Below, piece after piece: positions 9,607-19,910 of a stretch of DNA of 64,000 nt (position 1 is its first letter; each line of letters begins with the position of its first letter). The notes under the pieces were generated by a model that did not search any database, had not been told where the DNA came from, and worked only from the letters and a program-made list of their open reading frames with translations. This stretch comes from Chloroflexota bacterium (lineage in GTDB: Bacteria > Chloroflexota > UBA11872 > VXOZ01), in contig JAJEAH010000042.1 of the NCBI GenBank assembly GCA_022824225.1, forward strand, positions 2,216 through 66,215, given 5' to 3'. The position numbers and the translations under genes are program-made.

Positions 9607-11370
9607 ATGCTGGTGTGGTCTGAACCCGCCGATTGGGATACCTGCGCCAGGGATACCGGCATCGCCGCTGAGGAGGCGGGCGGGCTTCGTCTCGCCGCGA
9701 GCCATCTCATTACCCACGAGCCCGGGGCGTTCTCTACCCAACACGGCGAGGAACTCTACCAAAATACCCAAGCCCAGGTGTCATTTGAGCTGGGCGATGC
9801 GGTTCCCCAGGGGGCCGACTGCTACTTCTACGCTCGCGAGGAACGGGAGAACCGGTGGCCGCTCAAAGTGACGGTCAACGGCCATGCCGAAGCCGTGGGA
9901 CCCGGCACGGCGCTCGCCGGCGAATTTGCTTGGTACCACGTGCGGTTCTCGCGGCAACACCTGCGGCCCGGCCGGAATACCGTCCGCTTCGCCTGCGACA
10001 GCCCCGCCGCGAACGCGTGGATTCTCTCCGTAGACACCAGCGTTCCCAACGCGCACAGCCGCAAGAGCACGGACGGCGGTCAGTCCTGGGATGCCACAGG
10101 TTTCGGTTTGGAAGGGGCATTATCCGGCGAGTACGTGGTGCGCCTGCGGGTGCGGCAACATCCGGCGCGGGGGACGATTACGAGTTCCATACTTGACGCG
10201 GCCACACTGTTTCCGTCCGCCCCGCTCGTCCTGCACTGGCACGCCGCCACGCCGGCTGGAACGAGGGTCGCCTTGCGCTACCGTACCGGCACACGGCAAG
10301 ACATAGAGCGCGCAGCTTGGCGCGATGTGGTGAATGCCGCGGCGACCGCAAATGAGATCGCGGATTCACACGCCGATTCAGATTCGGGCCAAGCATCGCG
10401 CGGGAATGACGAATTCGGGCAAGCCGAGTTACCGCAAACCGTCGACCCGTGTGTGCAGTGGCAAGCCGAACTGCGTTCCAACGGCGGCAGCGAGTCGCCG
10501 GTTCTGCGGGGCATGGCGCTGCTTCCCAAAAACGCCAGTCCTGACGAGACAAGGCCCGTGAGCCGGTTGTCGTGTGCTGAGAGCCAAGCCACACCTTCTT
10601 ACCCCTTCACCCACCAGGACCCGGCGGAGCCGAAGCTGAGCATCCTGCGCAGGCAGGAGCGTCTTGATGAAACCATCGCCGGCGGGGCAACGCAGTGGGA
10701 GCAGGCGCTGGCGTTGCGGAGTTGGGTAGCGGTGCAATGGGTGCACCGCGCCCCCCACGAGTTCCGGCGCTGCTGCCCGTGGGATGCCCTGACGATCTTG
10801 GACTGGATGCGCGCCGACCGGGGGCACGGCCAGCCGCAACCCGACGCCTACTGCACGCACTACGCGGTGGTCTTGGCGCAGTGCGGGTTGGCGCTGGGCT
10901 GGCAGGCGCGCCTCTGGGTGATGTCCGCCGAGCCGACTTTGCACACGAACGGCCACTTTGTGGCCGAACTTTGGAGCAAGGCGCACGGCAAGTGGGTGAT
11001 GCACGACGCCGATACGGATTCGCACATTGAGAGAGACGGCGTGCCGCTGGGCGTGCTGGAAATCCATGATGCATGGCGAGAAGGCGGCCTCGATGGACTA
11101 TGCGTGGTCGCGGGGACAAACGCCGGCAAGGTGAAGATCGGCCCGGACTGGATCGAAGAGATGCTGCCGCTGGGTCTTTACCGCTTCTGCGGTCTCGTGC
11201 TCCGCAACAACCACCTGTCCACGCTCGTCCCAGGGCCCGTTGAGCACGGCTGGACGGCATACAAGTGGGATGGGTTCCTCTGGTACCGCGACGGAGCCGA
11301 GCCGGAGTTGCCGTTCTTCTCGCTCTCGTCCAGTCGGCGGGCGGATTTCGACTGGATGCCGCAGAGCTAG
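9607..11370 (+). CDS. transglutaminase-like (Cys-His-Asp) domain protein
   Basis: 587 aa. The C-terminal region contains the ordered triad context AYCTHYAVVLAQ (Cys), NGHFVAELW (His), MHDADTD (Asp), characteristic of transglutaminase-like cysteine peptidase cores. The N-terminal approximately 380 aa are uncharacterized. Confidence 0.55.
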   Translation: MLVWSEPADWDTCARDTGIAAEEAGGLRLAASHLITHEPGAFSTQHGEELYQNTQAQVSFELGDAVPQGADCYFYAREERENRWPLKVTVNGHAEAVGPGTALAGEFAWYHVRFSRQHLRPGRNTVRFACDSPAANAWILSVDTSVPNAHSRKSTDGGQSWDATGFGLEGALSGEYVVRLRVRQHPARGTITSSILDAATLFPSAPLVLHWHAATPAGTRVALRYRTGTRQDIERAAWRDVVNAAATANEIADSHADSDSGQASRGNDEFGQAELPQTVDPCVQWQAELRSNGGSESPVLRGMALLPKNASPDETRPVSRLSCAESQATPSYPFTHQDPAEPKLSILRRQERLDETIAGGATQWEQALALRSWVAVQWVHRAPHEFRRCCPWDALTILDWMRADRGHGQPQPDAYCTHYAVVLAQCGLALGWQARLWVMSAEPTLHTNGHFVAELWSKAHGKWVMHDADTDSHIERDGVPLGVLEIHDAWREGGLDGLCVVAGTNAGKVKIGPDWIEEMLPLGLYRFCGLVLRNNHLSTLVPGPVEHGWTAYKWDGFLWYRDGAEPELPFFSLSSSRRADFDWMPQS

Positions 11371-11504
11371 CGCGGGCCTGACGCCGGAGGTTGCGGGAAT
11401 GGCCGCGCGAAGCTCGTCGCCCTTGCCATCTCCGCAACGCTGCGCGCCCAGCGGTCGCAGGCGGCAAACCTGCGCTGCCGGCCAACTGCGCCTGCGGACA
11501 GCAT

Positions 11505-11770
11505 TGAGGCTTGCCCCCCGCTCGGATTGGCGGGGTTCCGTCATTCCCGCACCCGCGGAATTTCGTCGCTTCCACTGGATGGACTGGTACAAGGTAATCC
11601 GTCATTCCCGCGCCCGCGGGAATCCATCCGGATTCTTCCCTGCTCGGCATGGTAGGGCGCCTTCTCGGAGAAGATGGATTCCCGTTTCCACGGGAATGAC
11701 GGATTCTGCCTTGCTCCCCTCTATGTGGCGCGGGGGCGTGTCCCCTGCCTCGGTGGTCGAACGCCGGCAG
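11505..11770. repeat. cluster of REP-like A/B palindromic units
   Basis: B units at 11508 and 11740; A units at 11538, 11598 and 11672 (GTCATTCCCGCGCCCGCGGGAATCCATCC and GGATTCCCGTTTCCACGGGAATGAC). Confidence 0.7.
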
Positions 11771-11809
11771 AGCCAACTACAGGCATGCGCGCGCGCCCGG
11801 TACGTTGGC

Positions 11810-13012
11810 TCAGCTCGCGTGCCACAGCGGCGCAATCTTGGCGTGGTATTCGTCCTCGATCAGGGCGGCGTATTCCGGCCAGATAGCCATGAGCGCGTCG
11901 AGCCGGGCGTCGTTCATATCGTCGTGGGGCGTAATCGCGGCATACACGTTGGCGACGGTGCGTACCGCGGAAGGCTTGAGCGTGCCTGCCAGCCGCTGCC
12001 ACACCGGCCCGGCGTCCGTGCCGTTGTCATCGAGCAGGGCTGTGAAGAACTGTGTGCTCAGCCCCTCGATTTCTTCGCCCAGGTGCATGCGCAGCCACTC
12101 GCCGTCAAAGAGGTCCGGAGAGGCGCGGCGGAAGAAGACGGCGATGCCAAAGCGCCCGCGGATACCGGCAAGAGCCTGCAACGCGGAGCGTAAGCGTCGT
12201 TCACGCGCAGCCTGCGCGGGCGGTTGTTGCGGCAAGTCCCGGCAAAACGCTGCCACCCGGTCGCGCAACTCGTAGACTACCTCCAGCAACTCGTCCGCCA
12301 TGGCGGCGCACTCATCCTCAGACATTTGCACGCGGTAGTCCGCGGCGACAATGGCATTCAGCCTCTCCAGCAGCGGCCGCTTGCCAATCACACCCGGCAG
12401 AACCTGCAGCGCCGACGGCTTCGTCGGCGCCCACGCGTTGCGCAGCAGGCCGCACGCCAGCTTGGCGGCCGGCAGGAACCAGTGGGACAGCGCACCGTAG
12501 ACCGGGTAGTAGGGCAAGTATTCCGGCAGCAAGTTGATGGGCGGGTCGAACTGCTGCGCGCGCGGCACCAGGTAGATCTTGAACTTGCCGCAGGCCTCGT
12601 GCTGTTGGGCCTCCGTTAGCTGCGCGGGCTGCGCTGCCAGGACGTCGTCCAACGGGCTCGCCGCGCCGCCGATGCGCTGCCAGTCGCGCACCTCGCCCAT
12701 GAGCGGCAGGAGTTGCCGCGCCTCGTCCGGCGAACAGATGAAGCCGGGCGGGTGTTCCAGAATGCGGGCGTAGTGGGGCGCGTCTTCCAGCATCGCCACG
12801 TACGCCTCACCGCCCGCGCGGCTCAGCGCCAGCCAGGATTCGGCATCGGGCGCGTCCGCTACGGTACGCAGATCGTGATCGCTGAATCCCGGCGTGAGCG
12901 TGCCGAGATGATGCTTGCAATACACGGCAGCAGCGCAACTTGGCACGTGCTCGGCAAGGTAGCGCCCAAGCTCCGCACCGATGTAGCGGTAGTCGTCCAA
13001 AGAGATTTGCAT
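11810..13012 (-). CDS. hypothetical protein (weak nucleotidyltransferase-like G-S/T...SDhD motif)
   Basis: 400-aa ORF with good coding potential. HHLGTLTPGFSDHDLRTV loosely resembles the Pol-beta-type nucleotidyltransferase motif. No other family signature was recognised. Confidence 0.4.
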   Translation of the reverse strand: MQISLDDYRYIGAELGRYLAEHVPSCAAAVYCKHHLGTLTPGFSDHDLRTVADAPDAESWLALSRAGGEAYVAMLEDAPHYARILEHPPGFICSPDEARQLLPLMGEVRDWQRIGGAASPLDDVLAAQPAQLTEAQQHEACGKFKIYLVPRAQQFDPPINLLPEYLPYYPVYGALSHWFLPAAKLACGLLRNAWAPTKPSALQVLPGVIGKRPLLERLNAIVAADYRVQMSEDECAAMADELLEVVYELRDRVAAFCRDLPQQPPAQAARERRLRSALQALAGIRGRFGIAVFFRRASPDLFDGEWLRMHLGEEIEGLSTQFFTALLDDNGTDAGPVWQRLAGTLKPSAVRTVANVYAAITPHDDMNDARLDALMAIWPEYAALIEDEYHAKIAPLWHAS

Positions 13013-13269
13013 AGTTCAAACCGTCATTCCGGCGGAAGCCGGAATCCATCTTCGCTGCGGCGTGAACTCCGGTCTCCGTCCCGCGCTATGGCGTAGCCGC
13101 TCCAGTGTGAACCGGATCAAATCCTCGCCCGCACGCTGGACTCCGCCATCCGCCGGAGTGACGGAAGACACAGTCTACCGCCACAGAGTGGCAGCCCAGG
13201 TACGGACTGAGGGCACTGGCGCCGGAGGGGGTCGGCGCATACCGGCAGCCGCTCGCCGCATACACACCG

Positions 13270-14346
13270 TCAAGCCCCTGCCGCCGCCGGCGTTTCTGCG
13301 AACGTAAACGCCTCGAACTCGTTCTCGCAGGGATAGCCGAAGCTCACCAGCAGTTTGCGTTCCCGGGCAATCATGATATAGCCCATGATGCTGTGGGCCA
13401 ACTCGTCGTGCCGGCAGATGTCGGCGGGTTTCGTGTGGGTGCGCGCGATGCGCATGAGTTGGTCCAGCGAGTGGGGCTGCTCCGCCGTGAGCCGCTCTAA
13501 GACCGTGAAGCGGTCGCGGCTGTTCTGCGCCGCCGGGCCGCCGTCGTTCTTCAAGACCGGCTGCATCTCCTCAGTCAGAAAGTGGTTCGTATTCCAGATG
13601 GTGTGGCCGTCCATGCGCCGCACCGCTGAGCGCGTGGACGACTTCTCCGCCACGATGGCCGCGCCCGTCGCATCCGTGAGCATGAGGTTGAGGCCGTGGT
13701 TCATGATGGGCGTGGCCGCCGCCAGGTCTGCGGCCGCGTCTACGCTGTCGGCATATTGCAGCAGGTAGCGCAGGAAGGTATTGGCGGGAATGCCGTCCGC
13801 GTCGCTGTCGTTATTCGGAATGCTGCTGCCGCCGTAGGTGAGCCCCGCCTCGTTCACGCCCGCGTTCAACCACGTGGTCCCGGCGTAGTTCACGCCCAGG
13901 GAGGCCAAACCGCGGTCGGGATGGGTCTCCTGCAAGACGTGAAACTGCTTCATGTCGGCGTCCACGTCGTTGGACTTGAAGTGTATCGTGCCGTGGTCCG
14001 TTGCCGCCAGCGCCACGTTGGTGCACTCCACGCGGGAGCGGCCGATTTCCTGGCAGGCATTGTAGGCGAGCAGGTCGTCGTAGTTTATGTTGGCGGCGGC
14101 CGCGATGGCGTGGAGTTCTTCAAGGGACTCGGGGAAGACCCGATTGAGGTTACGTTCGACCCGGCGCAGCACGCGCCGCCCGTGGGGTGTATCGTAGCCG
14201 CGGTCCAGCGCAAACCGTTTCACCGCCACGGGGATGATGTCCGCGAACGCGGCGCCGTGTTGCAGGCCCATCTCGTGGGGCGTGCCCGACTGGACTACTT
14301 GCCGCATGGGAATTCCCTCCTCGTTGCAGCAGTGCTTTGTCACCAA
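13270..14346 (-). CDS. peptidase C45 / acyl-CoA:6-aminopenicillanic-acid acyltransferase-like protein
   Basis: 358 aa. N-terminal GTPHEMGLQHG matches the AAT/C45 G.p.EmG..hG motif. A candidate autoproteolytic Gly-Cys site is VECTNVA. Confidence 0.55.
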   Translation of the reverse strand: MVTKHCCNEEGIPMRQVVQSGTPHEMGLQHGAAFADIIPVAVKRFALDRGYDTPHGRRVLRRVERNLNRVFPESLEELHAIAAAANINYDDLLAYNACQEIGRSRVECTNVALAATDHGTIHFKSNDVDADMKQFHVLQETHPDRGLASLGVNYAGTTWLNAGVNEAGLTYGGSSIPNNDSDADGIPANTFLRYLLQYADSVDAAADLAAATPIMNHGLNLMLTDATGAAIVAEKSSTRSAVRRMDGHTIWNTNHFLTEEMQPVLKNDGGPAAQNSRDRFTVLERLTAEQPHSLDQLMRIARTHTKPADICRHDELAHSIMGYIMIARERKLLVSFGYPCENEFEAFTFAETPAAAGA

Positions 14347-14445
14347 GTGCGGGTTGCGCGCCGGCTGCGGCGGCTATCCGCCGCTATCGCGATAGCTCCG
14401 GGAAAGCCGCGCCGCCTCTTGCCGCTCACCGCCGCCAAGCCGTGC

Positions 14446-15330
14446 CTAGTGGCGTTTGCCTTCCACCGCCGCGTAGACGCTGCCGACGGTGCCGCCGACC
14501 ACCTCGCAGCCTTCTTCCTCCGCAATGGTGTTGATCTCATCCACGATGGCATCCAGGGCGAGCCGCTTTTCCCCGCTGGCGTCACCGTAGAAATGGGTGT
14601 TGTGGGTGAAAGGCATGATGATTTTGGGCCAGGCGTCGTCGTAGTCTGCCATGTCGGCCCAGGCCTGGCGGATTGTCTGCCGGTGGCTGTCGCCGTCGGC
14701 GCCCTCGATGCGGAGTTCCATGGGCAGGTGGGGCGCGCGCCGCCGCACCTGGTCGCACGTGAGCGGGATTTCGTAGAAGTCCAAGTCGCCGGGAAAGAGG
14801 CGGTTTGCCTTGTGGGCGTAGTGGGCATAGGTCACGGCGCCCTGCCACACGGCCTTGGCGTCGATGTACTGCCGGCCCGGCGACGAGACGCTGCCGTGGG
14901 TAAAGCCCGTGGCCGCCAGCGCGGGATACGTGTGGTCGTTGGCGGAAAAATTGCCGCCCCGAAACGTAGTGGGCCGCTTGCCGATGGCGTTTGCCCACTG
15001 GTCGGTGACGGCGGTGAACATGGCCACTTGCTCGTCGAAGTTGTATCCGCCCAGGTAGTCCGTATAGCCAAGCCCGGTGTCCTGGGGATGGATGTGCAGG
15101 CCGATTTCGAAGCCGCGCCGCTCCAGGTCGCGGTAGAGCGCGGGTTGCGCCGCCGCGGTCTGCGCCACGATGAAGAAGGTCGCGCGCAGGCCGTACTCCT
15201 CCAGGGTGTCCGCCAACCCGGTGACCGACCGCTCGCTGATGCTCCAGTCATCCGGCCCGCCGTGGATGGAATCGTCCATGAGCTGTTCGCAGTCTTGCGT
15301 GAAGATGACGTAGAGCGGTTTTCCGGCCAT
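14446..15330 (-). CDS. polysaccharide deacetylase-like (NodB/CE4-type) protein
   Basis: 294 aa. FTQDCE, TFFIV, LHIHP and RGGNF segments resemble the CE4 deacetylase motif order. Assignment is by pattern only. Confidence 0.5.
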   Translation of the reverse strand: MAGKPLYVIFTQDCEQLMDDSIHGGPDDWSISERSVTGLADTLEEYGLRATFFIVAQTAAAQPALYRDLERRGFEIGLHIHPQDTGLGYTDYLGGYNFDEQVAMFTAVTDQWANAIGKRPTTFRGGNFSANDHTYPALAATGFTHGSVSSPGRQYIDAKAVWQGAVTYAHYAHKANRLFPGDLDFYEIPLTCDQVRRRAPHLPMELRIEGADGDSHRQTIRQAWADMADYDDAWPKIIMPFTHNTHFYGDASGEKRLALDAIVDEINTIAEEEGCEVVGGTVGSVYAAVEGKRH

Positions 15331-15549
15331 AGGTCTCTATCCTTTGCGTATTCTCCACCAATTCTCTCGTACAGGCCATCACGTAGTGCTCATGCCCGCT
15401 GTACGTACATGCGCACCTTCAAGGGCGGAATGAGCCTGGAACGGACACCGAATCCCAAGAATCAGTCTAATCCTTGCCTACGCACCCCTAGCGCCTTGCC
15501 GTTTCCTCGACAGGCTTGTTGTGAGTGCTGTTTGGGGCCAGTTGAAGAA

Positions 15550-16326
15550 CTAGCCTTGGATGCTCTGCTCTAAGAAGCTCACGATCCGGTCTCGGTTTGC
15601 GTTCAGGCTGGAGAACTGTTTCTCGCAGACATCGCTAAACCGCGCAAGCACCTTGCGGTTGATCCCTTCCTGGTCCTCGAATATCGCCAATGACCGAAAC
15701 GGAACCCCCCACCTTTCGAATTGAAGCAGCGCAATTGTCGCGTCACGAGTTCTCGCATCGTTTGGCAAGGCGTGCACGAACAAGGGCTCTGGCAACCCGC
15801 TTACGCGACAATCGACTGTGTAAACGGCTTGAGGATCAAGGCCGGGATCGTGCCAACCAAAGTCTCTGCGTTCTTCAGGCACGGATTCGGCAAGTAAGCT
15901 CCTAAAGTCATCTTCAAAGGTGGAGTGAACCCGCTCTCTTGTCAAATATGTGACATCCGTGATCTTGAGCAATGCCTGCACAAAAGAGTAGAGGGCGTCG
16001 CCGTACTGATCATCGGGCACTGCCAGCAAGAGTTCTCCCTCCCGGTCCTCAATCTGAAAAACGGAGAGCGCATTGGATATGATCTTCTGGCGCGTACCGC
16101 GGCGAAGGTCTTGATCGTCTATCGAGTAGGTGAGATGCATGTAGGTGTGCGCTTCGTCTGACAAGACCCAGCCGGTCTCATCCCTCTTCAGCACTATCGA
16201 CAGGTGATCGCCGTCGTCGAATTGAAAAGGCGTTAGGACACGGTAACGGCCTATCCCCTCGGGCACAAGCCTTACTTGGGCGGAAACTTTTTCGTGAAAG
16301 TCTCTCTCAACCGGGGCCATCGACAT
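15550..16326 (-). CDS. hypothetical protein, second gene of a low-GC two-gene module
   Basis: 258 aa, in a region visibly lower in GC than the flanks. No catalytic motif recognised. From memory it may resemble DUF1828/DUF1829-type proteins; this is unverified. Confidence 0.5.
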   Translation of the reverse strand: MSMAPVERDFHEKVSAQVRLVPEGIGRYRVLTPFQFDDGDHLSIVLKRDETGWVLSDEAHTYMHLTYSIDDQDLRRGTRQKIISNALSVFQIEDREGELLLAVPDDQYGDALYSFVQALLKITDVTYLTRERVHSTFEDDFRSLLAESVPEERRDFGWHDPGLDPQAVYTVDCRVSGLPEPLFVHALPNDARTRDATIALLQFERWGVPFRSLAIFEDQEGINRKVLARFSDVCEKQFSSLNANRDRIVSFLEQSIQG

Positions 16327-16334
16327 GACTAGAC

Positions 16335-16814
16335 CTACTCCTGGAAGAGACTCAGTTGCTCGTTGGGCGGCAAGACAAAGTTGCAGTCCTCAAAGAGACA
16401 CTCGATCGCTCCCTCCCGGCTACTATACCTGTCAGTCAATGCTGCGTAGGTGTCTTCCTTTGCTCCCAAGTGCTGGTACCGCATTGTCGCCATGTGAATG
16501 TGAAATCCCAGGAATCTCTCATTCTCGATCTGATTATTGTGTTCGTGGCTCCTTCCGTTACAGCGCCGAAGCCGAAACAACTGATTGGTCTGCGGAATGC
16601 GCACCGCCAAGATGATCGAGAAGTCAAGGACGTTGATTCTGTTCTGGCGCACTATTAGATGAAAGTGGCTACCGGCATCGCCGATAAGATCTAGGGCTGC
16701 TTCCTGGTGTCCTCGCTTAGGCCGAAGGTGAAAACGATCGCGCCAAGATTCGGGCAATTGCTTTCGCTCTTGGATGAGATCGCTGATTTGACTGTCGGTG
16801 AACGTGATTGCCAT
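16335..16814 (-). CDS. hypothetical protein, first gene of the low-GC two-gene module
   Basis: 159 aa. Its stop lies 8 bp upstream of the next gene's start, suggesting translational coupling. No recognised family. A possible Rx5H segment (RRCNGRSH) is too weak to call HEPN. Confidence 0.5.
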   Translation of the reverse strand: MAITFTDSQISDLIQERKQLPESWRDRFHLRPKRGHQEAALDLIGDAGSHFHLIVRQNRINVLDFSIILAVRIPQTNQLFRLRRCNGRSHEHNNQIENERFLGFHIHMATMRYQHLGAKEDTYAALTDRYSSREGAIECLFEDCNFVLPPNEQLSLFQE

Positions 16815-17124
16815 GAAGTCAAACTCGAACCGAGGACGCAGGGGGCAAACCAGCGGCAGAGTTCTGCCAGGCTACTAAGCCCAGATTAGACGAGAAAGGT
16901 GCTGACTAATGCAATCGGCTCCCGCCCAAAATCGTTGTCTGAGTTGTGAGCAGCACTGAAGCCGGTCTATAGCGCAGGGGTTTCCGGGTTCGGTACGGAC
17001 TCTCTGATGCAGGTCCTGCCCCAAACCCTATTGATTGACGGCAACTCAATTGACGATTACCACTTTCGTGACCAGTCTCTCCGTTGCCTAACGCCGGGGC
17101 GGTGACGCTCGCCGCTTAGCCCCG

Positions 17125-18237
17125 CTACCGGCCCTGCTCCTCTTGCGCCATACGATCAACATCTACCATCACATCCGTTAGCAGGTCCACGTCCACTTCG
17201 TACCAGAGGCCGAAGGTGCTTGTGCCGCCCGGGCCCAGGATTTCTTCCGCGATCTCTCGCACCACGTTGCGGTCTGCGTTTTGCACGCCGAAGTCGGCGA
17301 ACGTCGAGGGCAGATTGACCGACTGGTTGAAGCGGATGAGCTTGCGCACCTCGGCTTCGCCCTGTTGCATGAGCGCCACCGAGATGAGAATGCCGAACGC
17401 CACTTGCTCGCCGTGCACGCCCTCGTTGGTGGCATGCTTCGAAAAACCGGGGTGCAGGCCGTGCTCGCCGCCCACCACGCCGCAGGCCGGTCCGGCCACG
17501 CCGCCGCCGTAGACGATGGCTTCCACCACTTTGTCCACGGCCTCCGTGGCCGCGCCGCGCTCGCAGGCATGGTAAGCAGATTCGCCGTATCCCAGAATCG
17601 TATCGTAGGTCCACTCGGCGATGGCGATGGCCGCGCCGGTGGGAAAGACGTTATCGAAGCCGAGGATGCGTTCCGTGCCGCTGCGGTGGCGCAGTTCCCG
17701 GGCGATGCGGCCGCCCGTCCAGGTCGGCAGCGCGTCGGCCATGCCGGCGGCCAGCCAGCGCCCGCCGCCCTGGGCGATGATGCGCGTATCGGCAATCACC
17801 GTGTGGGGGCCGACGTACCAGACGTTGCGGTCGGCGTCGCCTTCGATGCTGGCGCTGAAGGTTGCCGTGGCGTTGGTGGAGGCCACCGTCGGCACGCTGA
17901 TGAGCCACGCGCCCATCTCGTGGGCGATGGCCTTGGCAGCGTCCACGACGCGTCCGCCGCCGGCGCCGATGACCACGTCGGCGCCAAATTCCTTGCCCTT
18001 TGCCACCAACGCGTCCACTTCCGGCCGCTTCTTATCCACGTGACTGCCGTGTTCGACGTGGTGGGGAATGCCGTGGGCGTCCAGCGCGCCGGTAACGGTA
18101 TCTTGGATGGCCGCGACTGCCCTGCCGCCGCCAACGATGAATGCCTTGCTGCCCAGCGCCGCGGCATGCGCCCCGACGTCGCCCACTACTCCCGGACCCA
18201 CCACAAAGCGCAGCGGGTGAACGATCGTTTTCTTCAT
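17125..18237 (-). CDS. iron-containing alcohol dehydrogenase family protein (glycerol dehydrogenase-like)
   Basis: 370 aa. GAGGGRVVDAAK matches the Fe-ADH/DHQS-like GGGSxxDxAK dinucleotide motif, with a histidine-rich metal-site region downstream. Confidence 0.75.
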   Translation of the reverse strand: MKKTIVHPLRFVVGPGVVGDVGAHAAALGSKAFIVGGGRAVAAIQDTVTGALDAHGIPHHVEHGSHVDKKRPEVDALVAKGKEFGADVVIGAGGGRVVDAAKAIAHEMGAWLISVPTVASTNATATFSASIEGDADRNVWYVGPHTVIADTRIIAQGGGRWLAAGMADALPTWTGGRIARELRHRSGTERILGFDNVFPTGAAIAIAEWTYDTILGYGESAYHACERGAATEAVDKVVEAIVYGGGVAGPACGVVGGEHGLHPGFSKHATNEGVHGEQVAFGILISVALMQQGEAEVRKLIRFNQSVNLPSTFADFGVQNADRNVVREIAEEILGPGGTSTFGLWYEVDVDLLTDVMVDVDRMAQEEQGR

Positions 18238-18415
18238 GCGAATTCACTTTCTCAACTAAATGCACTTTACTAAGCCACACTGAGCATCCAGTTCTACGGC
18301 CTGCGCGAATTGGCTAACGTCTTGCGAACTAGCGGCACTGGGCCGCCCAAGCGCCAGACGTTACTTGACGGATTACCAAGAACGATTGTCTGTGATGGTC
18401 AGACCAACCTTGATG

Positions 18416-18742
18416 CTAATGCCACTTTGTGCCGCACCTATTGCAAACGTAAATCCCGGTACTACTCGCGTAGCGGTAACGTGTCTGACTCCAGGTAGGT
18501 TTACACTCCTCGCAACCATTGCGCTCTTGTGAGCTGAGTTTGACCGGGCTCCCTGTGATCTCGTGTGACAACGAAGGGTCGCTGGATTGTATTCTCTTAT
18601 CAGTTCTCACTTTAGGCTCTGATGGTCGGGGCTCTTGCTTGGTGCTTGCAGACTCACGGGGCCCATTAACTATGATCAACCCAAGAATGATCCACCAAAG
18701 AATGACCACTACAAGGAAAGTCAGTATCGCTGTGAGATCCAT
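18416..18742 (-). CDS. small membrane protein with a C-terminal CxxC...CxxC zinc-ribbon-like motif
   Basis: 108 aa in an AT-richer patch. It has an N-terminal TM helix and C-terminal CEEC...CNRC. Confidence 0.35.
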   Translation of the reverse strand: MDLTAILTFLVVVILWWIILGLIIVNGPRESASTKQEPRPSEPKVRTDKRIQSSDPSLSHEITGSPVKLSSQERNGCEECKPTWSQTRYRYASSTGIYVCNRCGTKWH

Positions 18743-19541
18743 TTGATTCTCCTATATAGCCGACTCTGGCATTGGAATTGTCAGTTTTCTTACTGTGCCT
18801 ACTCCAATATACTCGTTCAGACCACTCTGAACCGCTCTCAGAGTCTCTCTCTTATCGCCCTCCTTTCAGAAACTCCGATTCTGGGACTAATCGTCTTCTG
18901 AATGCCAATCTCCGCAGCTCTGCCATAGTTCTTGTGAGCCACTCGCGTCAATCGATTCAATTTCCAAGTCTGCCTCGTTTTCACTCCCATCCCAGCCACA
19001 GTCGGCTGCTTCCTGCCAAGCGGCGAAGGCTGCGGCGCTTGCGATCTCATCATCATATTCGTCCCAGTCGTTTACGTCGTCGTACGGGTCAGCGTCTTCG
19101 TTTGCCAATGAGGCTGCGCGCGCCGCTGGCTTCGCGGACCGACGACTCTTGTCGCGGCCCCCGTCATCAAGGCGGTCAGGGCGCGCTTTTTGCGCGTCCG
19201 CCCCTGCGACGGAGATCGAGAAATGCCATCCGGAGGCTCTGCGCAACATCTGCTTCTCCCAATGCACACCGGATTAGCCGTCTTCGATTACCGACTGTGC
19301 CGGCCGCTCACGTACGTTGATGGTTCCGGAGCCTAGGCCGCAACGCCCGCCCCGGCGCGCAACGGCAGCGGCGCATGCGCGCGAGGCGGAAGCGGATTTC
19401 TATGGCCCGCCCCAGGGCGCAGCAGCGGCCCCATGCAGCGCGTAGCGGCAGGCGCCGCCGCGAACCCCGCCGGTTGCGGCCGGTTTTCAGCCACCCATCG
19501 GGAAAGACGGTCCGGCGAACGGCGCGTTCGCGGCGTCTCCT

Positions 19542-19886
19542 TTACGGGATCAGTTCCAGTATGGCGAGCACGATCGCCGCGGCGACGACCAGCGCGCCCA
19601 ACCGGAGCGTCATGCGCAACTCAAGAGCCTGCAAGCGCGCGTCCACTTTGTCTTCCAGCGCTGAGTACTGCGTATTCATCTGTTGCTCGAACGCATTGAA
19701 CCGCGCGTCTATCCGTTCCGCAAGCGCATGCAGATCGGCCTTGGTTGCGACCGCTTCGCGCCCTTCATTCACAGCGCATCCAGCAGGGCTTTGGCTTGGG
19801 GCGCGCTGAAGCCCGCCTCCGTGAATGCCTCGAACGCCTTGTGGGTGTCCCTCACTGCCATGCGACGACTCCTGTGGGATATTCAA
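19542..19886 (-). CDS. small coiled-coil protein with C-terminal TM anchor
   Basis: 114 aa. A heptad-like segment is followed by LGALVVAAAIVLAILELIP. It has the same architecture as 47699..47950. Confidence 0.4.
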   Translation of the reverse strand: MNIPQESSHGSEGHPQGVRGIHGGGLQRAPSQSPAGCAVNEGREAVATKADLHALAERIDARFNAFEQQMNTQYSALEDKVDARLQALELRMTLRLGALVVAAAIVLAILELIP

Positions 19887-19910
19887 GTCCGGCGGAAGGG
19901 CGCGCTCGCC

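Noticed and set aside
10607-11776. 389-aa minus-strand ORF
   Set aside because: It overlaps the transglutaminase-like gene in antisense and runs into the REP cluster. Its composition (poly-R/P/A/G) is typical of GC-rich non-coding frames.
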